Part shown: positions 9,918-18,819 of the stretch, one piece after another | How positions within the stretch are numbered: position 1 is the stretch's first letter | How the letters are laid out: each line of letters begins with the position of its first letter | DNA from: an uncultured delta proteobacterium | GTDB taxonomy: Bacteria; Myxococcota_A; UBA9160; UBA4427 | Direction of reading: 5' to 3' | Length of the DNA stretch: 64,000 nucleotides | Assembly (NCBI GenBank): GCA_963822965.1 | Contig: CAWGJT010000010.1 | Span: forward strand, 672,001-736,000 | Program-made: the position numbers and the translations under genes | Notes under the pieces: generated by a model | The model's input: only the letters and a program-made list of their open reading frames with translations | Databases searched by the model: none | What the model was told of the DNA's origin: nothing

Positions 9918-9971
9918 GGGCGCCTATAGCAGGCGCGTATAGCAGGCGCCTGCTGGAGGGCGCCTATTCGA
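9918..9971. repeat. Imperfect ~13-bp tandem repeat, 4 units (GGCGCCTATAGCA-like)
   Basis: gggcgcctatagca / ggcgcgtatagca / ggcgcctgctgga / gggcgcctattcga; last unit contains the methyltransferase stop codon. Confidence 0.55.
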
Positions 9972-10611
9972 GGCCAAAGACGTCGAAGCTCTGCATCGGC
10001 AGGAAGTCGTACGCCGCTACGTGCCGGTAGCGGGCGGCCTCCAGCTCGCGAACGAGCTGGCCGTCCGGCAGGATGTGCCCCTTCGGAATGAACAGACGTC
10101 CCTCGGGCTTGCCGTCGACGATGGCGATCCGGGCACCGGGGCGCAGGTCTTCGCGCAGCCGTTCGAGGTAGCGCACGCGGTCTTCGAAGTGGTGGTAGGC
10201 GTTGCAGAAGAAGACCAGGTCGACGGAGGCGTCCGGAAGCCGGGGGTCGTCTTCCCGCGCCTGCACCACCTCGATGTTCGAGTAGCCCCGCTGCCGGACG
10301 CGCCGCTCCAGCGCGGCCACCTTCCCCGGATCGAGCTCCACCGCGTAGACGCGTCCCTCGGGGCCCACCGCGTCGGCGAAGTAGAAGCTGAAGTAGCCGT
10401 CACCCGCGCCCAGGTCGGCCACGCGGTCGCCCGGCTGGAGCGCCAGGCTCTCGATCACCCGGTCCGTACGCTGCCAGCCCTGGCGGCTGAAGAGGTGTCC
10501 GTAGTCCATGCGGCTGAGGACGTGGCAGCCGGTCACGACGGGAAGCACGGCGGCGCCCAGAAGGGCGGGCAGACGTGCGATGCGGGGGCTTCGGGAGGGG
10601 GCCGAGCTCAT
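9964..10611 (-). CDS. Class I SAM-dependent methyltransferase with putative lipoprotein signal
   Basis: VADLGAGDGYF motif I, VYAVEL, NAYHHF; N-terminus RIARLPALLGAAVLPVVTGC resembles a lipobox. Confidence 0.85.
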   Translation of the reverse strand: MSSAPSRSPRIARLPALLGAAVLPVVTGCHVLSRMDYGHLFSRQGWQRTDRVIESLALQPGDRVADLGAGDGYFSFYFADAVGPEGRVYAVELDPGKVAALERRVRQRGYSNIEVVQAREDDPRLPDASVDLVFFCNAYHHFEDRVRYLERLREDLRPGARIAIVDGKPEGRLFIPKGHILPDGQLVRELEAARYRHVAAYDFLPMQSFDVFGLE

Positions 10612-10719
10612 GCGAGGCTCCTTGCGATGTGCGCGCGAGGCGCGTCCGGGGTGTGCGGCGGGCAGGCTAACGCCCGCCCCGGGGCCCGGAAGGCTTCGCG
10701 TGATCGGCGGGACGGGTCT

Positions 10720-10772
10720 GTGACGAACGGGACGGCTGCGGGGACGAGCCGGTTTGTCGTGGGGGCGAACGG
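10720..10772 (-). promoter_or_regulatory. Three putative LytTR boxes at 21-bp period
   Basis: Minus strand CCGTTCGCCCC (10762-10772), CGGCTCGTCCC (10741-10751), CCGTTCGTCAC (10720-10730); resemble the AlgR core CCGTTCGTC; adjacent to a LytTR gene. Confidence 0.65.
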
Positions 10773-10780
10773 GGGCGAGA

Positions 10781-11743
10781 ATGGCCCCCGTGAACCCCGC
10801 GATCGACTGGCTGCGCGAGCCCCTGCGAGCGGATCTGTCCCTTCGCTGGCGGCTGCGCGCATACGCGGCGAGCGAGCTGGCGGTGCTGGTCAGCGTTCCG
10901 TTCCTGCACCTGTACCTGAGCGTGGATCTCACGGCCGCGGAGCTCGCGATCCACACCCTCGACATCGGCTTCGGCGCCCTGCTCGTGCTGGGGCTCTTCG
11001 AGGCGGGCATCTCCCTCTGGCAACGCAGCCTTCGGTGGAATCTCGCGCTGTCGCGAGCCGCGCTGATGGCGGGCGTGACGGCGGTGGCGGCGGGTCTCTT
11101 CTTGCTGCAGGCGAATCTCCACGACGTGCTGCCCGTGACCGCGCGCATCCGCGCCAAGCACGTGGACGCCGGCTACGGGGACATGTCGCTCCGGGTCCTG
11201 CCGCTGGTGCTGCTGATGGGCTGGGTGGTGGGCCAGGGCCTGCGCGAGCAGGCCCTGCGCCGGGAGCTCGAGGAGCTGCGGACGTTGAACGCGCGGCTCG
11301 CGCGGCTTCGACCCCGACGGGCAGGCGACCTGCCGCAGCCGGCGGACGATGTGCCGCGGCTGGCCGGCACCGGCGGCGGGGCGTCGGCCGGAGATCGGGT
11401 GGCCTTCCGCCACGAGGGGGGCGACCTGCTGCTCGAGACGCGGGCGATCACGCGCATCCAGGCCGAGGAGAACTACTGCCGTATCCACGCGACGGCGCCG
11501 GGCGCGAACGAGGAGCGGAGCTGGCTCGTCCGCACGACCCTCGCCGAGACCCTCGCCCGGCTTCCCGCCGCGCGCTTCCTGCAGGTGCACCGCTCCCACG
11601 TGGTCGGTCTGGCCCACGTGAGCGAGGTGCGACGGGAGGGGCGCCGCTACTCGCTGCGGGTCGGCACGGACGCCTGGGTTCCCGTGAGCCGTGGTCGGGT
11701 GGCGGACGTGCGGGCGCACGTCGTCGCCGGGCTGGAGGGCTGA
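10781..11743 (+). CDS. Membrane-anchored LytTR-family transcriptional regulator (~4 TM + LytTR, no receiver domain)
   Basis: Hydrophobic N-terminal half; C-terminal IQAEENYCRIH, FLQVHRSHVV, VPVSRGR. Confidence 0.85.
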   Translation: MAPVNPAIDWLREPLRADLSLRWRLRAYAASELAVLVSVPFLHLYLSVDLTAAELAIHTLDIGFGALLVLGLFEAGISLWQRSLRWNLALSRAALMAGVTAVAAGLFLLQANLHDVLPVTARIRAKHVDAGYGDMSLRVLPLVLLMGWVVGQGLREQALRRELEELRTLNARLARLRPRRAGDLPQPADDVPRLAGTGGGASAGDRVAFRHEGGDLLLETRAITRIQAEENYCRIHATAPGANEERSWLVRTTLAETLARLPAARFLQVHRSHVVGLAHVSEVRREGRRYSLRVGTDAWVPVSRGRVADVRAHVVAGLEG

Positions 11744-11744
11744 G

Positions 11745-12800
11745 TTGACGCGTCGCGCACTCGCCTTGCTGGCGTTCGTCCTCGTGGCGGCGGGTCATGC
11801 GGGCCCCGGCGCGGCGCATCCCCTGGCCCCCGCACTGCTCGAGCTGCGCGAGCTCGGCGGTGACCAGGTGGCGGTGCGCTTCAAGACCTCGGTCTTCGTC
11901 CGCTCGCAGCGCGCGGGCGAGGCGCTGGTGCCCGAGCTTCCGGACTCCTGCCGGGTGATCGAGCAGGAGCCTGCCCGGGTGGCCGGCGGCGGGCGCACGG
12001 TCCGCTTTCGGGCGTCCTGTCCGGGAGGGCTGGTGGGACGGAGGGTCGGCGTCGGCGGTCTCGACGCCAACGGCATCGATGCGTTGCTGCGGGTCGAGCT
12101 CGTCGACGGTCGGAGCCTGCAGCGGGTGCTGCACGCCGGTCGAGCGAGCCTCGTCGTCCCCGCGCGCCCGGGCTCGTGGGCGGTGTTCGTCTCCTATGCC
12201 GAGATGGGCGCGCGGCACATCTTCACGGGCCCCGATCACCTGCTCTTCGTGTTCGGTCTCGTGCTGCTGGTGGCGCCCGGCGCGGGCTACGTGAGGCGGC
12301 TCCTGGTCACGCTCTCCGCCTTCACCCTGGGGCATTGCGTGACCCTGAGTCTGGCAGCGCTGCGCTGGGTGCGGGTTCCGAGCGGACCCGTCGAGCTCCT
12401 GATCGCGGTCAGCGTGCTGGTGCTGGCGGTGGAGCTGGCCCGCAACGAGGGGGGGACGCGTTCCCGCGCGCTTCCCTGGCTGCTGGCGGGCAGCTTCGGC
12501 CTGCTGCACGGGCTCGGGTTCGCGGGTGCCCTGCTGGAGGCCGGTCTGCCCGCCGGCGACGTGCCGCTGGCGCTCGTTTCGTTCAACGTGGGCATCGAGG
12601 TGGGACAGGTGTTCGTGGTGGCGGGGGTGCTGTCGGGCCGGACGGCCTTCCGGGTGGTGCGCTCCCGGCTGCCCCGCGTCGACGGGCGAGCGGGCCGAGC
12701 CGCCTGGCCCGCCGTCGTGGCGCGCCGGCTTCCCGCCTACGCGTTGGGCTCACTGGCCGCCATGTGGTGCCTGGAGCGCGCCGTTCGGCTGCTCGGTTGA
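11745..12800 (+). CDS. HupE/UreJ family membrane protein with N-terminal exported domain
   Basis: Signal peptide ending AAH; GARHIFTGPDHLLF, AFTLGHCVTL, FGLLHGLGFA, FNVGIEVGQ. Confidence 0.85.
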   Translation: MTRRALALLAFVLVAAGHAGPGAAHPLAPALLELRELGGDQVAVRFKTSVFVRSQRAGEALVPELPDSCRVIEQEPARVAGGGRTVRFRASCPGGLVGRRVGVGGLDANGIDALLRVELVDGRSLQRVLHAGRASLVVPARPGSWAVFVSYAEMGARHIFTGPDHLLFVFGLVLLVAPGAGYVRRLLVTLSAFTLGHCVTLSLAALRWVRVPSGPVELLIAVSVLVLAVELARNEGGTRSRALPWLLAGSFGLLHGLGFAGALLEAGLPAGDVPLALVSFNVGIEVGQVFVVAGVLSGRTAFRVVRSRLPRVDGRAGRAAWPAVVARRLPAYALGSLAAMWCLERAVRLLG

Positions 12801-12862
12801 GGAGCCCGACCGCGCGGGAGTCGCCGCGACTGCTACCCTGTGCGACCCGCCGGGAGACCCGC

Positions 12863-13882
12863 ATGCGCCTTCATCCGCAGATCGCGACCCTCGTCCAGGG
12901 CATGGCGAGCAACCCCGACGCGCGCCCCACCCATGAGCTCACGCCCAAGGAGGCGCGCGACGGCTACCGCGCGCTGGCGGCGATGCTGGGCCCGGGTCCC
13001 GAGGTCGCGGCGGTGGAGGACCGCGCGATTCCCGGCCCGGTGGGGGAGATCCCGGTGCGGATCTATCGCCCTTTGCAGCCTGCGGGCGACCGCCCGCCCG
13101 GGGTGCTCGTCTTCTACCACGGGGGCGGCTGGGTGATCGGCGATCTCGAGACCCACGATCGCGAGTGTCGGATGCTCTGCAACGGCGCCGGCTGCCTCGT
13201 GGTCGCCGTCGATTATCGCCTCGCGCCCGAGCATCCGTTTCCCGCGGCGGTGGACGACGCCTTCGCGGCGCTGCGCTGGGTGGCGCGAAACGCAGGCGAC
13301 CTGGGAGCAGACCCGTCGCGTCTCGCCGTGGGCGGGGACAGCGCGGGCGGCAACCTGTCGGCGGTGGTGAGTCTGCTGGCCCGGGACGCCGGCGGTCCGC
13401 CGCTCCGCTTCCAGCTGCTCATCTACCCGGCGGTCGACGCCCGGCCGGGAGATGCCTATCGCTCCCGGGTGCAGAACGCCGAGGCGCCGTTCCTGCCCCA
13501 GGCGACGGTCGACTACTTCATGGATCACTATCTTGGGAGCGCCGCAGGCGCTCCTCGGGCCGCAGGCGCTCCTCGGGCCGCAGGCGCTCCTCGGGCCGCA
13601 GGCGCTCCTGGAGGCGGCGTGCGCAACGATCCGCGCGTCTCTCCCCTCCTGGCCAGCTCGCACCGGGCGTTGCCGCCGGCGCTGGTGGTGACCGCCGAGC
13701 TCGACCCACTGCGGGACGAGGGAGAGGCCTACGCCCGTGCCCTCGAGGATGCGAACGTGCCCGTCCGGCTGCACCGCTACGACGGCATGCCCCACGTCTT
13801 CTTCCAGCTGAGCCCCATCGTCGACGACGGCCGGAAGATGATCGAAGAGGCGGCCGCCGCCCTGCGGGAGGCTCTGGCATGA
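12863..13882 (+). CDS. Alpha/beta hydrolase, HSL-family esterase/lipase
   Basis: HGGGW, DYRLAPEHPFPA, GDSAGG, DPLRDEG, HVF. Confidence 0.92.
   Translation: MRLHPQIATLVQGMASNPDARPTHELTPKEARDGYRALAAMLGPGPEVAAVEDRAIPGPVGEIPVRIYRPLQPAGDRPPGVLVFYHGGGWVIGDLETHDRECRMLCNGAGCLVVAVDYRLAPEHPFPAAVDDAFAALRWVARNAGDLGADPSRLAVGGDSAGGNLSAVVSLLARDAGGPPLRFQLLIYPAVDARPGDAYRSRVQNAEAPFLPQATVDYFMDHYLGSAAGAPRAAGAPRAAGAPRAAGAPGGGVRNDPRVSPLLASSHRALPPALVVTAELDPLRDEGEAYARALEDANVPVRLHRYDGMPHVFFQLSPIVDDGRKMIEEAAAALREALA
13541..13612 (+). repeat. In-frame 18-bp tandem repeat x4 (AAGAPR) in the esterase
   Basis: GCCGCAGGCGCTCCTCGG x3 then GCCGCAGGCGCTCCTGGA. Confidence 0.9.
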
Positions 13883-13985
13883 GCGTCGCGCGGGGCGAGC
13901 GCGACCGGGGCGCGGTCGGGACGGGGCACAGCACCGGAAGCGGTCCGGCCGCAGACACGGAAGGCGGCAACGGGAGGAGTCGAAC

Positions 13986-14765
13986 TTGATCCTGGAAGGC
14001 AAGACGGTGGCGATCTGCGGTGTGGGGCCCGGCCTGGGGCGAGAGGTCGCCGAGCGCGCCCTGCGCGACGGCGCCCGGGTGGTGCTGGCGGCGCGCACGG
14101 CGGCCAAGCTCGAAGCCACGGCCAAGGAGCTCGATCCGTCGGGTGAGTCGGTGGCCTGGGTGCCGACGGACCTGACCGACGAGGCCCAGTGCCGAGCCCT
14201 CGCGAAGGCCGCGGTCGAGCGCTTCGGCCGACTGGACGCCGTCGTGCAGGTGGCGGCCCTGGACACGGTCTTCGGATCCCTGGCCGAGAGCCCGCTCGAG
14301 GACTTCGAGCGCACCTTCGACACCAACGTGCTGGGGCCGGTGCGCCTGGCCCGGGCCGTCGCCCCCATCATGAAGCAGGGGGGCGGCGGGGCCATCGTGC
14401 TGGTCGGCTCCCAGGTGATGTTCCTGCCCCAGACCCCCCAGATCGCCTACGCCGCCTCGAAGGGCGGGCTGCTCTCCGCCATGTACTACATGGCCAACGA
14501 GCTGGGACCCCAGAAGATCCGCGTGAACATGGTGGTACCCACCTGGATGTGGGGGCCGCCGGTCGCCATGTACGTGAAGATGACGGCGAAGCAGCGCGGC
14601 GTGTCCGAGGACGTGGTGAAGGGCGAGATCACCGCGCGAATGCCCCTGGGCGAGATTCCGGCGGACGAAGACGTGGCGGACGCGATCGTGTTCCTGGCCT
14701 CGGACCGGGCGCGCATGATCACCGGCCAGAGCCTGCTGGTGAACGCCGGCGAGCTGATGCGCTGA
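13986..14765 (+). CDS. Short-chain dehydrogenase/reductase
   Basis: TTG after GGAGGAG; GVGPGLG, YAASK, ITGQSLLVNAG. Confidence 0.9.
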   Translation: MILEGKTVAICGVGPGLGREVAERALRDGARVVLAARTAAKLEATAKELDPSGESVAWVPTDLTDEAQCRALAKAAVERFGRLDAVVQVAALDTVFGSLAESPLEDFERTFDTNVLGPVRLARAVAPIMKQGGGGAIVLVGSQVMFLPQTPQIAYAASKGGLLSAMYYMANELGPQKIRVNMVVPTWMWGPPVAMYVKMTAKQRGVSEDVVKGEITARMPLGEIPADEDVADAIVFLASDRARMITGQSLLVNAGELMR

Positions 14766-14808
14766 GCGGCGGCGAGCCGTTCGAGGGCTGCGAGAAGGGA
14801 GAAGTGCC

Positions 14809-15483
14809 GTGATCGATCTCACGCGCAAGGGCTCGGTGTTCGTGCTGGCGATGCGCGCCGGTGAGAACCGCTTCAACCGCGACTTCCTGACGGAGCTGAA
14901 CGCCACGCTCGACGAGGTGGAGCGCGCAGACGGTCCCGCGGCCCTGGTGACGGTGGGGGAGGGGAAGTTCTACTCGAACGGCCTCGACCTCGACTGGCTC
15001 ACGAAGCAGCCGCTGGACGTGGTGGGGTCGTTCCTGGCCGACTTCGAGAAGCTCTTCGCGCGACTGCTCGCGTTTCCGATGATCACGGTGGCGGCGCTCA
15101 ACGGCCACACCTTCGCCGGGGGAGCGATGTTCTCCCTGGCCCACGACTTCCGGGTGATGCGCACCGATCGGGGCTACTGGTGTCTGCCGGAGGTCGACCT
15201 CGGCATGCCCCTGCGACCGGGCATGAACGCGCTCATCACGTCTCGTCTGCCCAATCCCACATTCCACGAGGCGATCGTCACGGGGCGGCGATACGATGCC
15301 GAGGCGGCGCGCACCGCGTCGATCGTCGAGGAGACGGCACCCGAGGACGGGGTGCTGTCGGCGGCCGTCGCCCGGGCCGAGCCCCACGCCGGAAAGAGCC
15401 GGCAGGCGCTGGTGGCGCTGAAGCGCGAGATGTACCGCGACACGCTGGCAGCCCTCGAGGCGGGCGCGCCGCACGAGGGCTGA
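14809..15483 (+). CDS. Enoyl-CoA hydratase/isomerase (delta3,delta2-enoyl-CoA isomerase-like)
   Basis: ENRFN, KFYSNGLDL, NGHTFAGG, CLPEVDLG. Confidence 0.85.
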   Translation: MIDLTRKGSVFVLAMRAGENRFNRDFLTELNATLDEVERADGPAALVTVGEGKFYSNGLDLDWLTKQPLDVVGSFLADFEKLFARLLAFPMITVAALNGHTFAGGAMFSLAHDFRVMRTDRGYWCLPEVDLGMPLRPGMNALITSRLPNPTFHEAIVTGRRYDAEAARTASIVEETAPEDGVLSAAVARAEPHAGKSRQALVALKREMYRDTLAALEAGAPHEG

Positions 15484-15587
15484 GCCCTCCTCGAGGCGTC
15501 GGGACGATCGCCGATGGGTACTGTACGGGAGCCGGATCGGGCGCAGGGCGAAGCGCCCGGAAGCAGCAGGGCAAGGAGCGAGTCGCG

Positions 15588-17042
15588 GTGAGTGCCGACG
15601 CCACATCGATTCCCGAGGAGGTCCTGGCCGCCAGCGACGTGGCGCGCATCTGGATGCGTCACCTCGTCTCGCTGCTGCTGCCGGTGAACGCCCTGGTGTT
15701 CCTCTTCACGGGGCCCCACGTGTGGTACGTCGCGCCGTGGTTCATGCTGCCCGTCGTGTTCGCCTTCGTGGTCGATCGCAGCGACCGCGTGGAGCGGCGA
15801 CAGCCCGCCGCCGATCTGCCCGCCTGGCCCTTCGACGCGCTCGTCTACTTCCTGGGCTTGCTGCAGCTCGCGGCGGTGTTCGGGATCGGGCACCTGTTCG
15901 CCGCCCAGGACCTCTTCTCGGTGGACATGGTGGTGCTCGTCACCGTGGTGGGCGGCAGCTCGGGCTTCTCGATCATCACCGCCCACGAGCTGATCCACCG
16001 GCGAAAGCCCTGGGAGCGGCTCTTCGGGCGCCTGCTGCTGTGCACGGTGCTGCAGGAGCACTTCTTCACGGAGCACCTGCGCGGCCACCACGTGCGGGTG
16101 GGAACGCCGGAGGATCCCGCCACGGCGCGATTCGGGGAGTCCTACCGGGACTTCTACCGGCGCACCGTGCCGGCCCAGCTGCGCAGCGCCTGGCGTCTCG
16201 AGAAGAAGCGCCTGGGCGATCCCGAGATGTCGCTCTTCGACGCGCGCATGCTCCGCAATCGCATCCTGCACGGCGCCGCCGTGGGCTGGGGGATGGCCTT
16301 CGCGCTGGCGCTCACCTGCGGCTGGGTGGCCTTCGCGGCGTTCGTGGTACAGGCCTTCTTCGCGTCGCGCCTGCTCGAGGCCGTGAACTACTTCGAGCAC
16401 TGGGGGCTCATGCGGAGCGGGACGCGCGTGCGGCCCCGGGATTCCTGGGACACCCATTCGTGGTTCACCTACTACGGGCTCACGGGCCTCTCCCGGCACG
16501 CGGACCACCATTACGAGCCCACCCGGCCGTTCCAGCAGCTGCGGGTGCAGGAGGGCGTCCCCATGCTGCCCAGCGGCTACGTGGTGACCACCGACTGGGT
16601 GATGGCGAAGAACGACGAGTTCCAGCGCCTGGCCGCCGCGGAGCTGAAGCGCTGTCGACTGGGGCCCTTCGCGCCCGGCGCACCGGAGGAAGCCGCGGCC
16701 GCCGCGGAGGCGTGGCTAAAGGCACCGCCCTCGAGCCCGGCTACGGGATGGCGCGGCGCCTGGCAGGGCCTGCCCGCTTGGCTGCGCGCCAGCGCGGTGG
16801 CGACGCTCTTCCTGCTGGGCGTCACCCTGGGCGCGCGCCTGCTGGGCGGCGCCGCCGGGGCGGGCTTCCTGGCGCACCTGGCAACGAACGCGTGGATCCT
16901 GGCGGCGTTCGTCGCCGCCTTCCGGCTGCAGAAGCGCATCGAGGACTCGGGCAGCGGACCGCTGCTGGCCTGGTCGATCGCCCTCTCGCTGCTCGTCGCG
17001 ATCGGTCTCGCGGGGCAGTGGCTGGGCTCGCTCTTCGTCTGA
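15588..17042 (+). CDS. alkB: AlkB-type alkane 1-monooxygenase-family membrane di-iron enzyme with C-terminal TM extension
   Basis: GTG after AAGGAG; HELIH, EHLRGHHVRVGTPEDPATARFGES, NYFEHWG, LSRHADHH. Confidence 0.8.
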   Translation: MSADATSIPEEVLAASDVARIWMRHLVSLLLPVNALVFLFTGPHVWYVAPWFMLPVVFAFVVDRSDRVERRQPAADLPAWPFDALVYFLGLLQLAAVFGIGHLFAAQDLFSVDMVVLVTVVGGSSGFSIITAHELIHRRKPWERLFGRLLLCTVLQEHFFTEHLRGHHVRVGTPEDPATARFGESYRDFYRRTVPAQLRSAWRLEKKRLGDPEMSLFDARMLRNRILHGAAVGWGMAFALALTCGWVAFAAFVVQAFFASRLLEAVNYFEHWGLMRSGTRVRPRDSWDTHSWFTYYGLTGLSRHADHHYEPTRPFQQLRVQEGVPMLPSGYVVTTDWVMAKNDEFQRLAAAELKRCRLGPFAPGAPEEAAAAAEAWLKAPPSSPATGWRGAWQGLPAWLRASAVATLFLLGVTLGARLLGGAAGAGFLAHLATNAWILAAFVAAFRLQKRIEDSGSGPLLAWSIALSLLVAIGLAGQWLGSLFV

Positions 17043-17062
17043 CGGCGGGGCTCGGGCCCGCT

Positions 17063-17881
17063 TCAGCGCCGCCAGTCCGGGTGCAGCCCGTGCTTCAGCG
17101 CGTGCTTCTGGGCGAAGACCGTCTGACCGTTCCAGTCGGCGGCGGCGGGGTCGGTGGCGAGCCAGGCGATGACGGCAGCCGGCACCGACGGGGGCGCCGG
17201 CCGCTGGTACTTCTCGAGGGCGCCGTCCGGGTCGTTGAGCCGCATCGCCTCGGTCATCACGAAGCCGGGCTCCACGTTGTAGAAGCAGACGCCACTGTCG
17301 CGGTGCTCGACCGCCAGGACGCCCACCAGCCGGTGGAAGGCCCCCTTCGAGGCGCCGTACGCGAAGCCCCAGCCCCCCTCGCCCGCCGGGGCCGGCGGAT
17401 CGGCGAGGCCCGCGCCCGACACCATGTCGATCACACAGCCGCTGCCGCGCTCGAGAAGCCCGGGTAGCACCCGCGCCGTGAGCTGGATCTGCGAGAAGAC
17501 GTTGCCCTGGAAGAGCGCCTCCACCTCGGCGAGATCGAGGTCGAGGAAGCGCTGCATGGACGCCGGGCCGGTGTAGATGCCGTTGTTCAGGAGCAGGTCG
17601 ATCCGGCCCCAGCGCGCGAGTGTCTCGTCTACCGCGGCGTCGATGGACGCGCGGTCCAGCAGGTCGAGGCGCAGGGGGAGGGCTTCTCGGCCCGCGTCCC
17701 GCACGGCGGCGGCGGTGGTCTCGAGGCTGCCCGGCAGGGGCCGGCCGTCCGCGGTCTCCCCTTCCTTCACGGTGCGTGCGGTGACCACCACGTCGAAGCC
17801 CTTGCGGGCCAGGGCGATGGACGCCGCCGCGCCGATGCCCCGGCTCGCCCCGGTCACGAATGCTACCCGCCGCTCGCTCAT
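17063..17881 (-). CDS. Short-chain dehydrogenase/reductase
   Basis: TGASRGIG, LLNNG, YGASK. Confidence 0.88.
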   Translation of the reverse strand: MSERRVAFVTGASRGIGAAASIALARKGFDVVVTARTVKEGETADGRPLPGSLETTAAAVRDAGREALPLRLDLLDRASIDAAVDETLARWGRIDLLLNNGIYTGPASMQRFLDLDLAEVEALFQGNVFSQIQLTARVLPGLLERGSGCVIDMVSGAGLADPPAPAGEGGWGFAYGASKGAFHRLVGVLAVEHRDSGVCFYNVEPGFVMTEAMRLNDPDGALEKYQRPAPPSVPAAVIAWLATDPAAADWNGQTVFAQKHALKHGLHPDWRR

Positions 17882-17918
17882 CCCGATGCCTCCCGACCCT
17901 GCCCGCCCGCCGGCGGGA

Positions 17919-18758
17919 TCACTTGCCCTCGAAGTCCGCTCGCTGCTTGGCGGCCATCGCCTGATAGCCCCGCGCCATGTCGTCGGATGCGAAGAGCACC
18001 GATGCGCTGGCCGCCTCGAAGCGCAGGGCTTCCGACAGCCCCCGCTCCATCCAGTGGTTCACGGTGCGCTTGATGCCCTGCACCGCCAGGGGCGCGTTGG
18101 CGGCGATCTCGTCCGCCAGCGCCCGGGTATGCGCTACGAGGTCTTTGCGGGGCACCACCTCCTGCACGATGCCGATGCGCAGGGCGGTCTCGGCGTCGAT
18201 GCGCCGGCCCGTGAAGGCGAGCAGCTTGGTCCAGCCGGCGCCGATCTCGCTCGCGAGCCGCATGTCGCCGCCCGCGTCGATGGAGACGCCCACCCGAGGC
18301 TCGGGCAGCGCGAAGCGGGCGTCGTCCGCGGCAATGCGGATGTCGCCCATCATGGCCACCTCGAGCCCCGCGCCGAGGCAGAAGCCGTGGATCGCCATCA
18401 ACACCGGTTGGGGAAGCTGCGAGAGCACCTGGAAGCGCTCGTGGACCCAGCGGAAGCGTTCGTAGTAATTTCGCACCTTCTCGGCCGGCGAGCGGCCGGT
18501 GATCCGGTCCTCGGGCATGCCCAGGTCGACCCCGGCGCAGAAGGCGCGTCCCTCGGCGCGGACGATCACCACGCGGATGCCGTCGTCGAAGCGGATGCGG
18601 TCCGCCAGCGCGGTGATCTGGCGCGCCGACTCCCAGCTCCAGGCGTTGAGCTTCTCGGGGCGGTTCAGGACGATGGTCGCGACGTTGCCGTCGACCTCGA
18701 GGTCCATGTAGGCGGGGGCCTCGGGGCCGGCGCCGGGGGCGGGAGTGCTGTCGGACAC
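17919..18758 (-). CDS. Enoyl-CoA hydratase/isomerase family protein
   Basis: LNRPEKLNA, AFCAGVDL, GFCLGAGLE, FALPE. Confidence 0.88.
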   Translation of the reverse strand: MSDSTPAPGAGPEAPAYMDLEVDGNVATIVLNRPEKLNAWSWESARQITALADRIRFDDGIRVVIVRAEGRAFCAGVDLGMPEDRITGRSPAEKVRNYYERFRWVHERFQVLSQLPQPVLMAIHGFCLGAGLEVAMMGDIRIAADDARFALPEPRVGVSIDAGGDMRLASEIGAGWTKLLAFTGRRIDAETALRIGIVQEVVPRKDLVAHTRALADEIAANAPLAVQGIKRTVNHWMERGLSEALRFEAASASVLFASDDMARGYQAMAAKQRADFEGK

Positions 18759-18819
18759 CTGGGATCTCCTCGCGTGGCGGGATGCTTCGCGCCGGCCGGT
18801 CTCGCGGCCTGCTGCGCCT

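Noticed and set aside
13541..13612. 18-bp repeat as a mini-CRISPR
   Set aside because: Head-to-tail with no spacers and in frame inside a CDS
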